Shown piece after piece: positions 17,238-25,954 of a stretch of 36,730 nucleotides of DNA. Location of the stretch: positions 1-36,730 of the forward strand of contig CAZFXH010000340.1 in the NCBI GenBank assembly GCA_964522905.1. Direction: 5' to 3'. Positions within the stretch are counted from its first letter, which is position 1. Each line of letters starts with the position of its first letter. A program made the translations under genes and the position numbers. The stretch is from an uncultured Anaerolineaceae bacterium. GTDB taxonomy: Bacteria > Chloroflexota > Limnocylindria > Limnocylindrales > CSP1-4. Below the pieces are notes generated by a model, which saw only the letters and a program-made list of their open reading frames with translations, made no database searches and was not told the DNA's origin.

Positions 17238-19058
17238 TCAGCGGATGACGACGAGATCCTGGCCCGGTGCGCTCTCCACGCTGCCCACGCCATCGCCGCT
17301 CCAGGCGACGATCTGGATCCGGCTCCCTTCGCCGTCCTGCCCGGGCGGGGTCGCCCATGCGAGCCGACCTTCGCCGATCGAGAAGCCGGGGAGTGCCGGG
17401 ACGCCGGTCGGGGCGTGATCGGGGCTCTCGAGCTCCCCGCGACCGGCGTTCACGCGGTACAGGCTGAGCCGCCCGACACTGGGATCGACTTCGTCGGCCA
17501 CCCAGACGGCGACCCACTCACCGCTGTCGTCCCAGCGGACATCGAATCCGCCCGTGGCCGAGTCGGCGATGACCAGGGCGTCGCGGGTCTGGCCCGCGCC
17601 CTGGGGCCGCGCGCCCTGGGCGGTCCAGGGGTGCAATTCCAGCTTGCCGCGGTCGGGCGTCCAGGTCGCTCCGTCCGCCGACTGCACGATGGAGCCCGTC
17701 CAGCCGATCGCCCGTTTGCGGGTCGGATCGACGACGGGCCGCCACACGTCACCGGCCGGCGACTCCGCGGCGCTCGCGGGATCGATCCTGACGGTGACCG
17801 GCGCGACCGCTCCCTCGGTCGACGTGGTCGCATCCGGGCGACTCGCGATGATCTGATCACCGTCCCACGACCCGAACACGGTCGACCCATCGGTCGTGAT
17901 CGCCCGAGCGGACAGGTCGCCGACGCGCCAGACGTAGATATCGGGGCCACGCGATCCATCGCTCGGCCGGGCGGTGAACGCGAACCACATGCCATCCGTT
18001 GAGAATGCCGCTGATTGGCCGACGAGCTCGATGTCGCTGGCGATGGCCAGGCTGGCCGCCGTCGAGGGCGCCGGCGAGAGGCTTGGCGACGGGAGGAGCG
18101 GCGTCGCGAATGGCTCGCCGCCGGCCGTGTCGCTCGCGGCGGGCTCGATGGGGGTCGCCGTCGGGGCCGCGGCCGACGCCGGCGGCGGGCTGGACGTGGC
18201 GGTCCTTTGGACGGACGCTGTTGCCACGGGCGCCCCGGACGGGGCCGTCGACATCGGCGGGGTGGGAACGGGCGTCTCGGAGATGGGCGCGGGGGTCGGG
18301 GTGGGCCCGGGCAGATCCACCAGCAGCAACTGGTCGCCCCCGGCTCCATCGTCGGCGATCAGCACGGCCTTGCCGTCATTGGGCGAGCCGATGATCGAGC
18401 GCGGTTCAGACTCGAAGGTCACACGCTGCTGGTGGGACCCCTCGAGCGCAGGGCAGTTCGACGTCCCTTCTGCGGGGCAGACCTCGTCCACGGATGCGTT
18501 GTTGTAGCCGAGAGCTCCGTCTGCTCCCTTGTCGACCCACGCGACCGGGCCCGCGCCGACGGCGAACGGTGTCGCCTGGGCACCCGCGGGGGCGCTGGCG
18601 ACACCGTTGGTGGTGGATCCCGGGAGGGTCTCCTCGGGCTGGGCCGACTGGGGCTGCATGAGGAAGTTCGGAGACAGCGCGCTGACGCCGATCACGACCG
18701 CGATCACGGCGAGGCCCGAGAGGGCACCGAGCGGGAGCCGGGATCCGCGCTGCGTGGCGCCGGCAGTGGCCGAATGCCCGCCACGCGACTCCTGCTCGAT
18801 CGCGGCCGCGGTTCGCGCCCACAGGTCGCGCGGCGGCTGCGGGGGCGCGTCGCGCAGGGCGCGCAGCGCGAGGCGGTCGGCCGCGAACTGCGCCGCGACA
18901 CTCGTACACGAGGGACAGTCCGCGAGGTGTTCCCCGAGCCAGGCCGTCTCATCGGCGCCGAGATCGCCCGCCATCCGCTCGGCGAGCCGCAGCCGCGCGC
19001 GCTCGTGCGGCGAACCCCAGTGATCGGGCCGACGCGCGACGCGCCCGAAACGCTTCAC
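17238..19058 (-). CDS. Zinc-binding (ZAS, HxxxCxxC) anti-sigma factor with a Pro/Ala/Thr-rich linker and a TolB/PD40-like beta-propeller ectodomain
   Basis: N-terminal HLADCPSC motif. One TM helix (LGALSGLAVIAVVIGVSAL). Low-complexity segment PGPTPTPAPISETPVPTPP...SSPPPASAAAPTATP. Repeated propeller-like strands (DGMWFAFTARPSDGSRGPDIYVWRV, DGSTVFGSWDG, SGEWVAVWVAD, GRLAWATPPG). Its start overlaps the sigma stop. Confidence 0.85.
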   Translation of the reverse strand: MKRFGRVARRPDHWGSPHERARLRLAERMAGDLGADETAWLGEHLADCPSCTSVAAQFAADRLALRALRDAPPQPPRDLWARTAAAIEQESRGGHSATAGATQRGSRLPLGALSGLAVIAVVIGVSALSPNFLMQPQSAQPEETLPGSTTNGVASAPAGAQATPFAVGAGPVAWVDKGADGALGYNNASVDEVCPAEGTSNCPALEGSHQQRVTFESEPRSIIGSPNDGKAVLIADDGAGGDQLLLVDLPGPTPTPAPISETPVPTPPMSTAPSGAPVATASVQRTATSSPPPASAAAPTATPIEPAASDTAGGEPFATPLLPSPSLSPAPSTAASLAIASDIELVGQSAAFSTDGMWFAFTARPSDGSRGPDIYVWRVGDLSARAITTDGSTVFGSWDGDQIIASRPDATTSTEGAVAPVTVRIDPASAAESPAGDVWRPVVDPTRKRAIGWTGSIVQSADGATWTPDRGKLELHPWTAQGARPQGAGQTRDALVIADSATGGFDVRWDDSGEWVAVWVADEVDPSVGRLSLYRVNAGRGELESPDHAPTGVPALPGFSIGEGRLAWATPPGQDGEGSRIQIVAWSGDGVGSVESAPGQDLVVIR

Positions 19059-19633
19059 CGGTCCACCCGGGCGGTCGAGCCGCGGTCCCGGTTCGCCTCG
19101 GCGGTGGCCTCGACCTCCCTCTCGGCGGCAAGGGCCTGGCGCAGGCTCTCGCGGGCCCGGGTCAGGAGCGCCCGGGCCGCCACATGGCTGACGCCGAGCG
19201 CCGCGGCGAGTTCGAGGCCGGTCAGGTCGTGCAGCTCGGCCAGGAGGAGCGCGGCACGCTGGCGCTCGGGGATGCGGGCGAGCGCGCGCTGCATATCGCC
19301 CGATAGGCGGGCTTCCATGACCAGGTGCTCTGCCGACGGCGCGGATCCCATCGATTCACCCGTCCAGGGGAGGAACCGGATGATCTTGCGGCGGCGGATC
19401 TCGTCGAGCGCGACCCGGTGTGCGATCTGGTACAGCCACGCCCGGGCGTTCTCCGGCTTCTCGAGGCTGGCGTAGTTCTTGTAGGCCTTGACGAACGCGT
19501 CCTGGGTCATGTCGGCGGCCACCTCCGGATCGCGCATCATCCGCATCAGGTAGGCATAGATCTCGCCGTGGTGCTTGGCGAACAGGGTCTCGACGAAGGC
19601 CCCCGCCTCGTCGCGATCCCAGGCGCCACTCAT
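19055..19633 (-). CDS. ECF-type RNA polymerase sigma-70 factor
   Basis: Region 2 DMTQDAFVKAYKNYASLEKPENARAWLYQIAHRVALDEIRRR. Region 4 IPERQRAALLLAELHDLTGLELAAALGVSHVAARALLTRARESL. The ATG at 19633 (MSGAWDRDE..) is the likely start. The ORF extension to 19846 is Arg/Pro-rich and unlikely to be coding. Confidence 0.85.
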   Translation of the reverse strand: MSGAWDRDEAGAFVETLFAKHHGEIYAYLMRMMRDPEVAADMTQDAFVKAYKNYASLEKPENARAWLYQIAHRVALDEIRRRKIIRFLPWTGESMGSAPSAEHLVMEARLSGDMQRALARIPERQRAALLLAELHDLTGLELAAALGVSHVAARALLTRARESLRQALAAEREVEATAEANRDRGSTARVDR

Positions 19634-19832
19634 CGGCCGGCCCCGGTAGGTGCGGGCGGCGATGGGGCGGCCGAGCGGATCGCGAAGTCGGGCTGGTTCG
19701 TCGAATACCACAGGGACTCCGTGCGGGCGAGGTCGGGGAACGCGGCCGACAGGGGGCGCACGCTCGATGGCCCAAAGACGAGGCGCCCACCCCCGATGTG
19801 ACGCCCGGTGGTGCGCTCGGGCACGGCGCGCA

Positions 19833-20837
19833 TCAACCCGATCCACCTCCCTCCGGACCGCTGCGGCCCAGCAATTCCTCCACCGCGTCCTCCGGCGAGA
19901 CGGGATTCACCGGCAACCCGGTTCCCAGCTCGAGGCCGGCGATCTCGCGCAGCCGTGGGTGGATCTCCCAATGCCAGTGGTATGTGCCGTCGACCTGTTC
20001 GCGTAGTGGCGCCGTGTGCAGCACGAGGTTGTACGGTGGCCCGTCGAGCGTGGTCGCCAGCCGTCCGAGCACGTGGCGCAACGCTTCGGCCGTCGCCCCG
20101 ATGTCGGCGGCCGTCGCCCGCCCGAAGTCCGCGTCGTGGCGGCGTGGCACGATCCAGATCTCAAACGAGGACCGGGACGCGTAGGGCGCGAACGCGACGC
20201 TGTCGTTGTCCTCCCACACGAGCCGGTCCGCTCGGCGCGACTCGTCGCGGACGAGGCGGCAGAACGGGCACTCCCCCTCGCGGATCACGAAGCGTGCTGC
20301 CCCACCCAGCTCCTCGGCGATGCGGTGCGGGATCTGCGGGAGGTCGTACAAGTCGAGGCACAAGTGGTTCGTCCGCGCGCCCGCCTGGGCGCCCCAGTTC
20401 TGGACGACCGTGAGGTACTCGGTCTGGCCGGTCGCCCGCGCTTCCGCGAGGGCGTCGCGAGCGCCCGTGACGAGGGCTTCGATCAGCTCCGTTCCCACGG
20501 CGTGGAGCGGTCGGTGCTCGCCGGGTGGCGCGATGACCGTCCGCCAGCTCCCCGTCGCGCGCGCCTGGGCGAGCGAGACCTGGGCAAGACCGTGGTCTCG
20601 ATCGAGCTCGCGCGCCTCGATGTCCGTCCCGATGACGTGGAAGGCGAAGTCCTTGAGCATCCGCGTTCGAACGCCCTCGCCGGCAGGGCTGGAGCAGTTC
20701 GCGCAACCGAACATCTTGTCATCGACGGGCTCCGCCGCTCGGGCGAAGCGATCGCGATGGAACGCGCGGTCCACGATCGTGGCGACCCACCAACCCGTGA
20801 TCGGATCCTTGCGCAGCTCGAACAGGCCGCTCGCCAC
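19833..20837 (-). CDS. GalT-family (HIT superfamily) nucleotidyltransferase / sugar-1-phosphate nucleotide phosphorylase-like protein
   Basis: Motifs ELRKDPITGWWV, CANC and ECPFCRL cysteine pairs, FAPYASRSSFEIWIVPRRH, and YHWHWEIHPRL. The GTG at 20837 lies 4 nt after the lipB stop. The listed ORF extension to 21206 overlaps lipB in another frame. Confidence 0.8.
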   Translation of the reverse strand: MASGLFELRKDPITGWWVATIVDRAFHRDRFARAAEPVDDKMFGCANCSSPAGEGVRTRMLKDFAFHVIGTDIEARELDRDHGLAQVSLAQARATGSWRTVIAPPGEHRPLHAVGTELIEALVTGARDALAEARATGQTEYLTVVQNWGAQAGARTNHLCLDLYDLPQIPHRIAEELGGAARFVIREGECPFCRLVRDESRRADRLVWEDNDSVAFAPYASRSSFEIWIVPRRHDADFGRATAADIGATAEALRHVLGRLATTLDGPPYNLVLHTAPLREQVDGTYHWHWEIHPRLREIAGLELGTGLPVNPVSPEDAVEELLGRSGPEGGGSG

Positions 20838-20841
20838 GCGT

Positions 20842-21588
20842 TCAGCCCGCCATCGCGAGTGGCGCGCCGATGGCCGACGCGAAGGCCCGGGCGAAGATCG
20901 GGGCGGCGCGCTCCACGGATGCGGTCGTCGGCCTTTCGGTCGGCTCGCCTCGCTCCTGCGCGATCGACGTTGACGTGACGCCGGGCATGCCGCAAGCGTC
21001 GATGAGCTCGAAATCGGCGAGGTCGACGGAGATGTTGAGCGCGATGCCGTGATAGCTGACCCCGCGCTCGATACGCAGGCCCAGGGCCCCGATCTTGCGC
21101 GGGGCGGGACCCTCCGGATCGCACCAGCACCCGGGATGGCCGTCACGCCGGCCCGCGACGACGCCGTGGGCCGCACAGGTCGCAACGAGGGCGGACTCGA
21201 GCGCACGCACGAGCGGGCGCACCAGCAACCCGCGCTCGTGCAGGCGGATGATCGGGTACGCCACGAGCTGACCAGGGCCGTGGTAGGTGACCTCGCCGCC
21301 GCGCTCCGTCCGCTCGACGGCGATGCCGCGAGCTGCGAGGTCCTCGTCGCTCGCGAGGATGTGGGCGGGATCCGACTGGCGACCGAGGGTCAGGACGGCC
21401 GGATGCTCCAGGAGCAGGAGTTGGTCCTCGATCGTCCCGGCGACCCGCTCGTCGACGAGCCGCTTCTGCAGGACGTGCGCGGCAGGGTAATCCAGTTGAC
21501 CGAGCCATCGGGCGTGCACCGGCGCCACCACGCCGGACGGCTCCCCGTCGGGCGCGTCCGACCGAGGATCGATCAGGGCGGCCTCCAC
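20842..21588 (-). CDS. lipB: Lipoyl(octanoyl) transferase
   Basis: Motifs RGGEVTYHGPGQLVAYPI, RKIGALGLRIERGVSYHGIALN and LIDACG. The ORF reaches a TTG at 21681, but those first ~30 codons use CTA/GTA/ATT/TAT codons atypical for this genome. A GTG at 21588 is therefore the more likely start. Confidence 0.85.
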   Translation of the reverse strand: MEAALIDPRSDAPDGEPSGVVAPVHARWLGQLDYPAAHVLQKRLVDERVAGTIEDQLLLLEHPAVLTLGRQSDPAHILASDEDLAARGIAVERTERGGEVTYHGPGQLVAYPIIRLHERGLLVRPLVRALESALVATCAAHGVVAGRRDGHPGCWCDPEGPAPRKIGALGLRIERGVSYHGIALNISVDLADFELIDACGMPGVTSTSIAQERGEPTERPTTASVERAAPIFARAFASAIGAPLAMAG

Positions 21589-21737
21589 CCCGGAACGATA
21601 GCAGGGGGTCACCAGAATCCCGTTCGAGTAGCCCGATAGTACTAGCGCCGACTGACCCACCGGCCGTAGGCACGAAGTCAACGGACGCGTTACATTTCAG
21701 CCGCATAGCAACTAGCTCTCAGGTAGGCACTCGACTG

Positions 21738-21953
21738 ATGAATCCGATCCGCATCCGACCGCGCTCGTCCATCGCCGATCCGGAGCTGGCTCGCGCGGCG
21801 GTTGTCGACCTTCCAGCCGTCCCGACCCGCCGGCGTCTCCACGCTCCACACGCGATCCTCGGCGTCGTGGCATCGTTCCGCCGCACGGGAGCGCCCGAGC
21901 CCGAGCGCGTGATCGTCCTGACGCTGAACCCGGTGGCCGTCCGCCAGCGCTGA
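21738..21953 (+). CDS. Possible small basic protein (71 aa), uncertain
   Basis: This is the only ORF in the 21.69-22.42 kb gap with genome-like G/C3 bias, about 5 of 6 codons by my hand count. It has an ATG start with only a weak purine-rich upstream element. A perfect 13-bp hairpin lies 40 nt downstream of its stop. No family recognised, and the antisense frame is almost as G/C3-rich. Confidence 0.3.
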   Translation: MNPIRIRPRSSIADPELARAAVVDLPAVPTRRRLHAPHAILGVVASFRRTGAPEPERVIVLTLNPVAVRQR

Positions 21954-21992
21954 ACCGCACGTCTCAGGGGCCACGCCCGGGGGGACGTGGTG

Positions 21993-22035
21993 AAGCCCCT
22001 CGCCGTCTGGTTTCGGTCCCCGCGGCGAGGGGCTT
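21993..22035 (+). terminator. Perfect 13-bp stem hairpin (possible U-tract-less terminator or structured RNA element)
   Basis: AAGCCCCTCGCCG (21993-22005) and CGGCGAGGGGCTT (22023-22035) are exact reverse complements separated by a 17-nt loop. There is no T-run on either side, so terminator function is an inference. Confidence 0.3.
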
Positions 22036-22420
22036 GCAATCCAGATGAGGACTGTCTTCCCGTTGGGGAAGGGCACTCGGTCGACCCACCTGATCTGCCT
22101 ACACACGATGCCGCGTTGACCCAGCGCAACGTGAGGATGAAATCACGCACTTGGACGAGGGTGATTTCACGCCTCCCACGACGCCCGGGTGCGCCAGACG
22201 ACCGCATCGGGAGGCCCCGAGGGTGCCGGAGGGGATGGCGTCCTCGGGGCCCAGACGAAACGGCCCGGCGGGGGCCGAGCCGTTCGTCGCGATCAAAGGC
22301 GAGGATCATTCCAGCCGGCCGAGACGGTCCCAGATTTCGCCACTGCCGAGAGGGGAGGAGGAGATCACATTCGCCTTCGCTCATCGTGAACGATAGGTTG
22401 GAACACACGCGGCAACTAGG

Positions 22421-25400
22421 ATGGAAACTCGCCCTGTTTCGCATGGCTCGGGAAACGTCCGAAATCCTCCGTTGCGAGCGACGGACCGCCTAGAATGCGG
22501 CATCGTGGGGACGCAGTCGGCCACCGAATCGCAGCTAGTCGTCATCGGTTCCTCGGCCGGTGGCATCGAGGCGCTGTCGAGCGTGGTCGGCCGTCTTCCC
22601 CCCGATTTCCCGGCACCGGTGGTCATCGCCCAGCACCTGGATCCCCGCCGCCCGAGTCACCTCGGCGAGATCCTGTCCCGGCACGCCACCCTGCCGATCA
22701 AGGTCGTCGAGGACCGCGCGTCGCTCGAGGGCGGGGTCATCTACGTCGTCCCGTCGAACCGCCTGGTCGAGATCGTCGGCGGCGAGCTGCGTCTTCGACC
22801 TGCCAAACGCGGCAGCGTTGCGCCGTCGGTGGATCTGCTCCTCGAGACGGCGGCCGCCGCGTTCGGATCCGGGCTCGTGGCGGTCATCCTCACGGGGTCC
22901 GGCAGTGACGGATCAGCCGGGGCGTGGCACGTCAAACAGGCTGGTGGCACTGTCGTCGTCGAAAATCCGGCCACGGCCCTCTTCCCGTCGATGCCCGGCT
23001 CGATCTCGCCATCACTCGTCGACGAAACGGCCGATCTCGAATCGATCGCAGACGTCGTCAGCGGGCTCCTCGCATCCGGCGGGGTGGCCCCGAAGGGACG
23101 CGAGGGCCGCGACCTCGCGGCCGTGCTCGACCGGATCCGGGAGCGGAGCGGCATCGATTTCAGTACGTACAAGACCGCCACGATCATCCGCCGGCTGCGC
23201 GGCCGGATGGTGGCGACCAGGCAGACGTCGCTCTCGGACTACGCCGAGTTGGTGGAGAACGACCGCGATGAATACACCAGGCTCGTCAGCAGCCTCTTGA
23301 TCAAGGTGACCGAGTTCTTCCGCGATCCGAAGGTGTTCCAGCACCTCCGCGAGGAGACGCTCCCAGCGCTCATCGAGGAGGCGTTGGCCGACGGCCGCCA
23401 GCTTCGGGTCTGGTCGGCCGGCTGCTCCACCGGGGAGGAGGCGTATTCCCTCGCGATCGTCCTGGCGGAGGCGCTGGGTCCCGAGCGGCTCGCCGTTGAC
23501 GTGCGTGTGTTCGCGACCGATCTCGACAGTGCCGCCATCGCGTTCGCCCGACGTGGCGTATATCCGGCGTCCGCGCTGCAGAAGGTGCCGCCGGATATCC
23601 GGGATCGCTATTGCGTGAGATCCGACGGCGGATACGAGGTCGCGAAATCGATCCGGTCCATGATGACCTTCGGCGAGCACGACCTCGGAGCGCGTGCGCC
23701 GTTCCCCCGTATCGACCTCATCCTGTGCCGGAACGTCCTCATCTACTTCACCGTGCCGATGCAGCGCGCGGCGCTCGAGACATTCGGGTTCTCGCTGCGC
23801 GACGGTGGCCGGCTCGTGTTGGGGCCCTCCGAGACCGTGGCCGCGATGCCGGGTCTGTTCGTCGAGGATCAGGCCCGGCTGCGGATCTACCGCCGCGCCC
23901 ACGGAAAGACGAAGTTGCCGCTCGCCCAGGTCAAACCGCCACGACCGCCGCGCGAGCGCGAGCCCCATCTCCACGCTGCGATCCGGTCAACCCGGCGGGA
24001 CGTCCAGGTCTCGGCCGACTCGACCGAAGCGGCCGAGAAGCTGCTGATCGATCTGGGCCTCGGTATCGTCGTCGTCGATAGCCGCTACTACATCGTCCGG
24101 ATCAACACGGCGGCTCGCCGCATGCTCGGGATCCACGGCCTGGCATTCGACCAGGATTTCGTCCACCTCGCCGAGTCCCTGCCATCGACCGCGATCCGGA
24201 CCGCGATCGATGCCGCCCTCCGCGGGAGGACCACGACGTCCGTGTTCGAAGTCGAAGCGACCGACGTATCCGCGAAGGGACCCCGATACATCGAGACGGT
24301 GGTCCGCCCGGACACCAAGGCCGGCACCGTCGACGGCGTGGTCATCGAGCTGACGGACGTCAGCCGAGCCGAGCAGGAGCGCCGTGCAGGCGTCCAGGCC
24401 GAGCGCCGGCTGGATCGCGCGACGCTCGTCAACCGGCGGTTGCAGCAGGCCAATGAAGAGCTGACAGCCCTGGTGGCGGAGCTTCGGAACAGCAACCAAT
24501 CCATGCTCCAGGCGAGCGAAGAGGCCCAGTCGGGGCGCGAAGAGGTCGAGACCCTCAACGAGGAATTCCAGGCGACGAACGAGGAGCTGGAAACGCTCAA
24601 CGAGGAGCTGACGGCGAGCGTCGAGGAATTGCGCATCGCCAATGAGGACCTCGGTGCGCGAACCGAGGAGCTCCGCCTGCAATCGGTCGCCCTCGAGGAG
24701 CAGAAGCAGCACCGGGAGGAGGAGCACAGCCGCCTCGAATCGGTCCTCGCGAGCCTGGGCGATGCCGTGGTGGCCGTGGATCATGCCGGCCGCACCGTCG
24801 CCACCAACCCGGCCTACGACAGGCTGTTTGGCGGACCCGAAGCCAAGATCCGGCCCGAGGATCTCGCCGGGCTTCCGTTGCCGAAGGCCGATTGGCCGCA
24901 GCAGCGCGCCGCCCGAGGCGAGCGGTTCCGGATGGAGTTCGCCCTGAGCGACCCCGACGGTTCGCGGCGCTGGTTCGAGGCGGTGACCGAACCGCTCACC
25001 AGCGAGGACCGGACGTGGGGCGGGGTCATCGCCATCCGGGACGTGTCCGAGCGCACGATGCGCCTGAGCCTGGAGCGGCTCATGGCGGCCGCCGGGCACG
25101 AGTTGAAAACGCCCACGGCCGCGCTCCACAACTACCTGCAGCTCGTGGACCGGAACCTTGCCGCCGGCGACGTCGACAAGGCCGCGACCTACGCGGCCCG
25201 GGCCCTCGCCCAGACGCGTCGAATGGGCACCCTCATCGAGCGCCTCCTCGACGTGAGCCGGATCCAGACCGGTCGGCTCGAGTTGCTCGTCGAGGTCGTC
25301 GATCTCGCGGCGGTCGTCCGATCGGCCGTGGAGGTCGCCCAGGTCCTGCCCAAGGCTCCACCGATCCGCGTGAAAGCCGGAGCCAAGCCTGTCTACGTTC

Positions 25401-25780
25401 GTGCGGACCCGGGCCGCCTCGAGCAGGTCTTCCTCAACCTGCTGGCGAACGCCATGGACCATGCGCCCGAGTCGGAGACGATCGAGGTCACGGTCAAGCA
25501 GTCGGATGCGCAAGCGGTGGTGGCCGTCCGCGATCACGGGCCGGGGATGTCGGGCGAGGAGATCCGCACGATGTTCGACGCCTACACGCGGCTGGGACAT
25601 CCGCATCGAGCGCCTGGTCTGGGTCTTGGCCTCTACGTCGCCCGCGAGATCGTGACGGCCCACCAGGGCGAGATCGAGGCCACGTCGCGGGTCGGCAAGG
25701 GTTTGGTCATGACCGTGCGGCTGCCGGTGGCGGCTCGCCCGAGTCCACGCAGCCGAGGTCGGCGGCCCAGCGTCGGCTGA
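22421..25780 (+). CDS. CheB methylesterase - CheR methyltransferase - PAS - coiled coil - PAS - HisKA/HATPase fusion sensor kinase (cytoplasmic)
   Basis: CheB-like: VVIGSSAGGIEAL, VVIAQHLDP, TGSGSDGSAG. CheR-like: GIDFSTYKTATIIRRLRGRM, RVWSAGCSTGEEAYSLAI, LILCRNVLIYF. Heptad-rich region: ETLNEEFQATNEELETLNEELTASVEELRIANEDL. H-box: AAAGHELKTPTAAL. N/G boxes: LLANAMDHAP, DHGPGM, GLGLGLYVAREIV. No TM segment. An alternative in-frame GTG start lies at 22505. Confidence 0.9.
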   Translation: METRPVSHGSGNVRNPPLRATDRLECGIVGTQSATESQLVVIGSSAGGIEALSSVVGRLPPDFPAPVVIAQHLDPRRPSHLGEILSRHATLPIKVVEDRASLEGGVIYVVPSNRLVEIVGGELRLRPAKRGSVAPSVDLLLETAAAAFGSGLVAVILTGSGSDGSAGAWHVKQAGGTVVVENPATALFPSMPGSISPSLVDETADLESIADVVSGLLASGGVAPKGREGRDLAAVLDRIRERSGIDFSTYKTATIIRRLRGRMVATRQTSLSDYAELVENDRDEYTRLVSSLLIKVTEFFRDPKVFQHLREETLPALIEEALADGRQLRVWSAGCSTGEEAYSLAIVLAEALGPERLAVDVRVFATDLDSAAIAFARRGVYPASALQKVPPDIRDRYCVRSDGGYEVAKSIRSMMTFGEHDLGARAPFPRIDLILCRNVLIYFTVPMQRAALETFGFSLRDGGRLVLGPSETVAAMPGLFVEDQARLRIYRRAHGKTKLPLAQVKPPRPPREREPHLHAAIRSTRRDVQVSADSTEAAEKLLIDLGLGIVVVDSRYYIVRINTAARRMLGIHGLAFDQDFVHLAESLPSTAIRTAIDAALRGRTTTSVFEVEATDVSAKGPRYIETVVRPDTKAGTVDGVVIELTDVSRAEQERRAGVQAERRLDRATLVNRRLQQANEELTALVAELRNSNQSMLQASEEAQSGREEVETLNEEFQATNEELETLNEELTASVEELRIANEDLGARTEELRLQSVALEEQKQHREEEHSRLESVLASLGDAVVAVDHAGRTVATNPAYDRLFGGPEAKIRPEDLAGLPLPKADWPQQRAARGERFRMEFALSDPDGSRRWFEAVTEPLTSEDRTWGGVIAIRDVSERTMRLSLERLMAAAGHELKTPTAALHNYLQLVDRNLAAGDVDKAATYAARALAQTRRMGTLIERLLDVSRIQTGRLELLVEVVDLAAVVRSAVEVAQVLPKAPPIRVKAGAKPVYVRADPGRLEQVFLNLLANAMDHAPESETIEVTVKQSDAQAVVAVRDHGPGMSGEEIRTMFDAYTRLGHPHRAPGLGLGLYVAREIVTAHQGEIEATSRVGKGLVMTVRLPVAARPSPRSRGRRPSVG

Positions 25781-25954
25781 ACGTGCGCCACCCCGGGGTC
25801 CGGGTCGTGGAACAGGTTCCTCGGGTCCATTCCGGGGCGCCGTGATCGTGGCGACGCCTTCGCGGTATCCTGCAAGCGAGCGCGCCAGTTCTGTCGACGG
25901 CGGGGGTGTCGATGACGAGGATCGACGAGTCGAGGGGTCCGTGGTGAGTCCGTT

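Noticed and set aside
20838-21206. The upstream extension of the GalT-like ORF, listed as 19833..21206.
   Set aside because: The extension overlaps lipB in another frame and is Arg/Ser/Pro-rich. A GTG 4 nt after the lipB stop gives a family-typical N-terminus (ASGLFELRKDPITGWW).
22088-22097. ACCUGAUCUG, which resembles the 3' core of a TPP riboswitch.
   Set aside because: The obligatory CUGAGA element and the matching P2/P3 helices are absent upstream. The downstream gene is a signalling kinase, not a thiamine gene.
22339-22345. GCCACUG preceded by GGUCCC, reminiscent of the cobalamin-riboswitch core.
   Set aside because: The spacing is wrong, with an extra AGAUUUC between the elements. No B12-box is present, the flanking helices do not match, and the genomic context is implausible.
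21719-22493. The long ORFs in the lipB/kinase gap: 241 aa on the minus strand, and 168 aa and 81 aa on the plus strand.
   Set aside because: They have Arg/Ser/Pro-rich translations, frequent rare codons (AGA, CTA, GTA) and no motifs. I treat the region as non-coding or decayed, apart from the low-confidence 71-aa ORF at 21738-21953.
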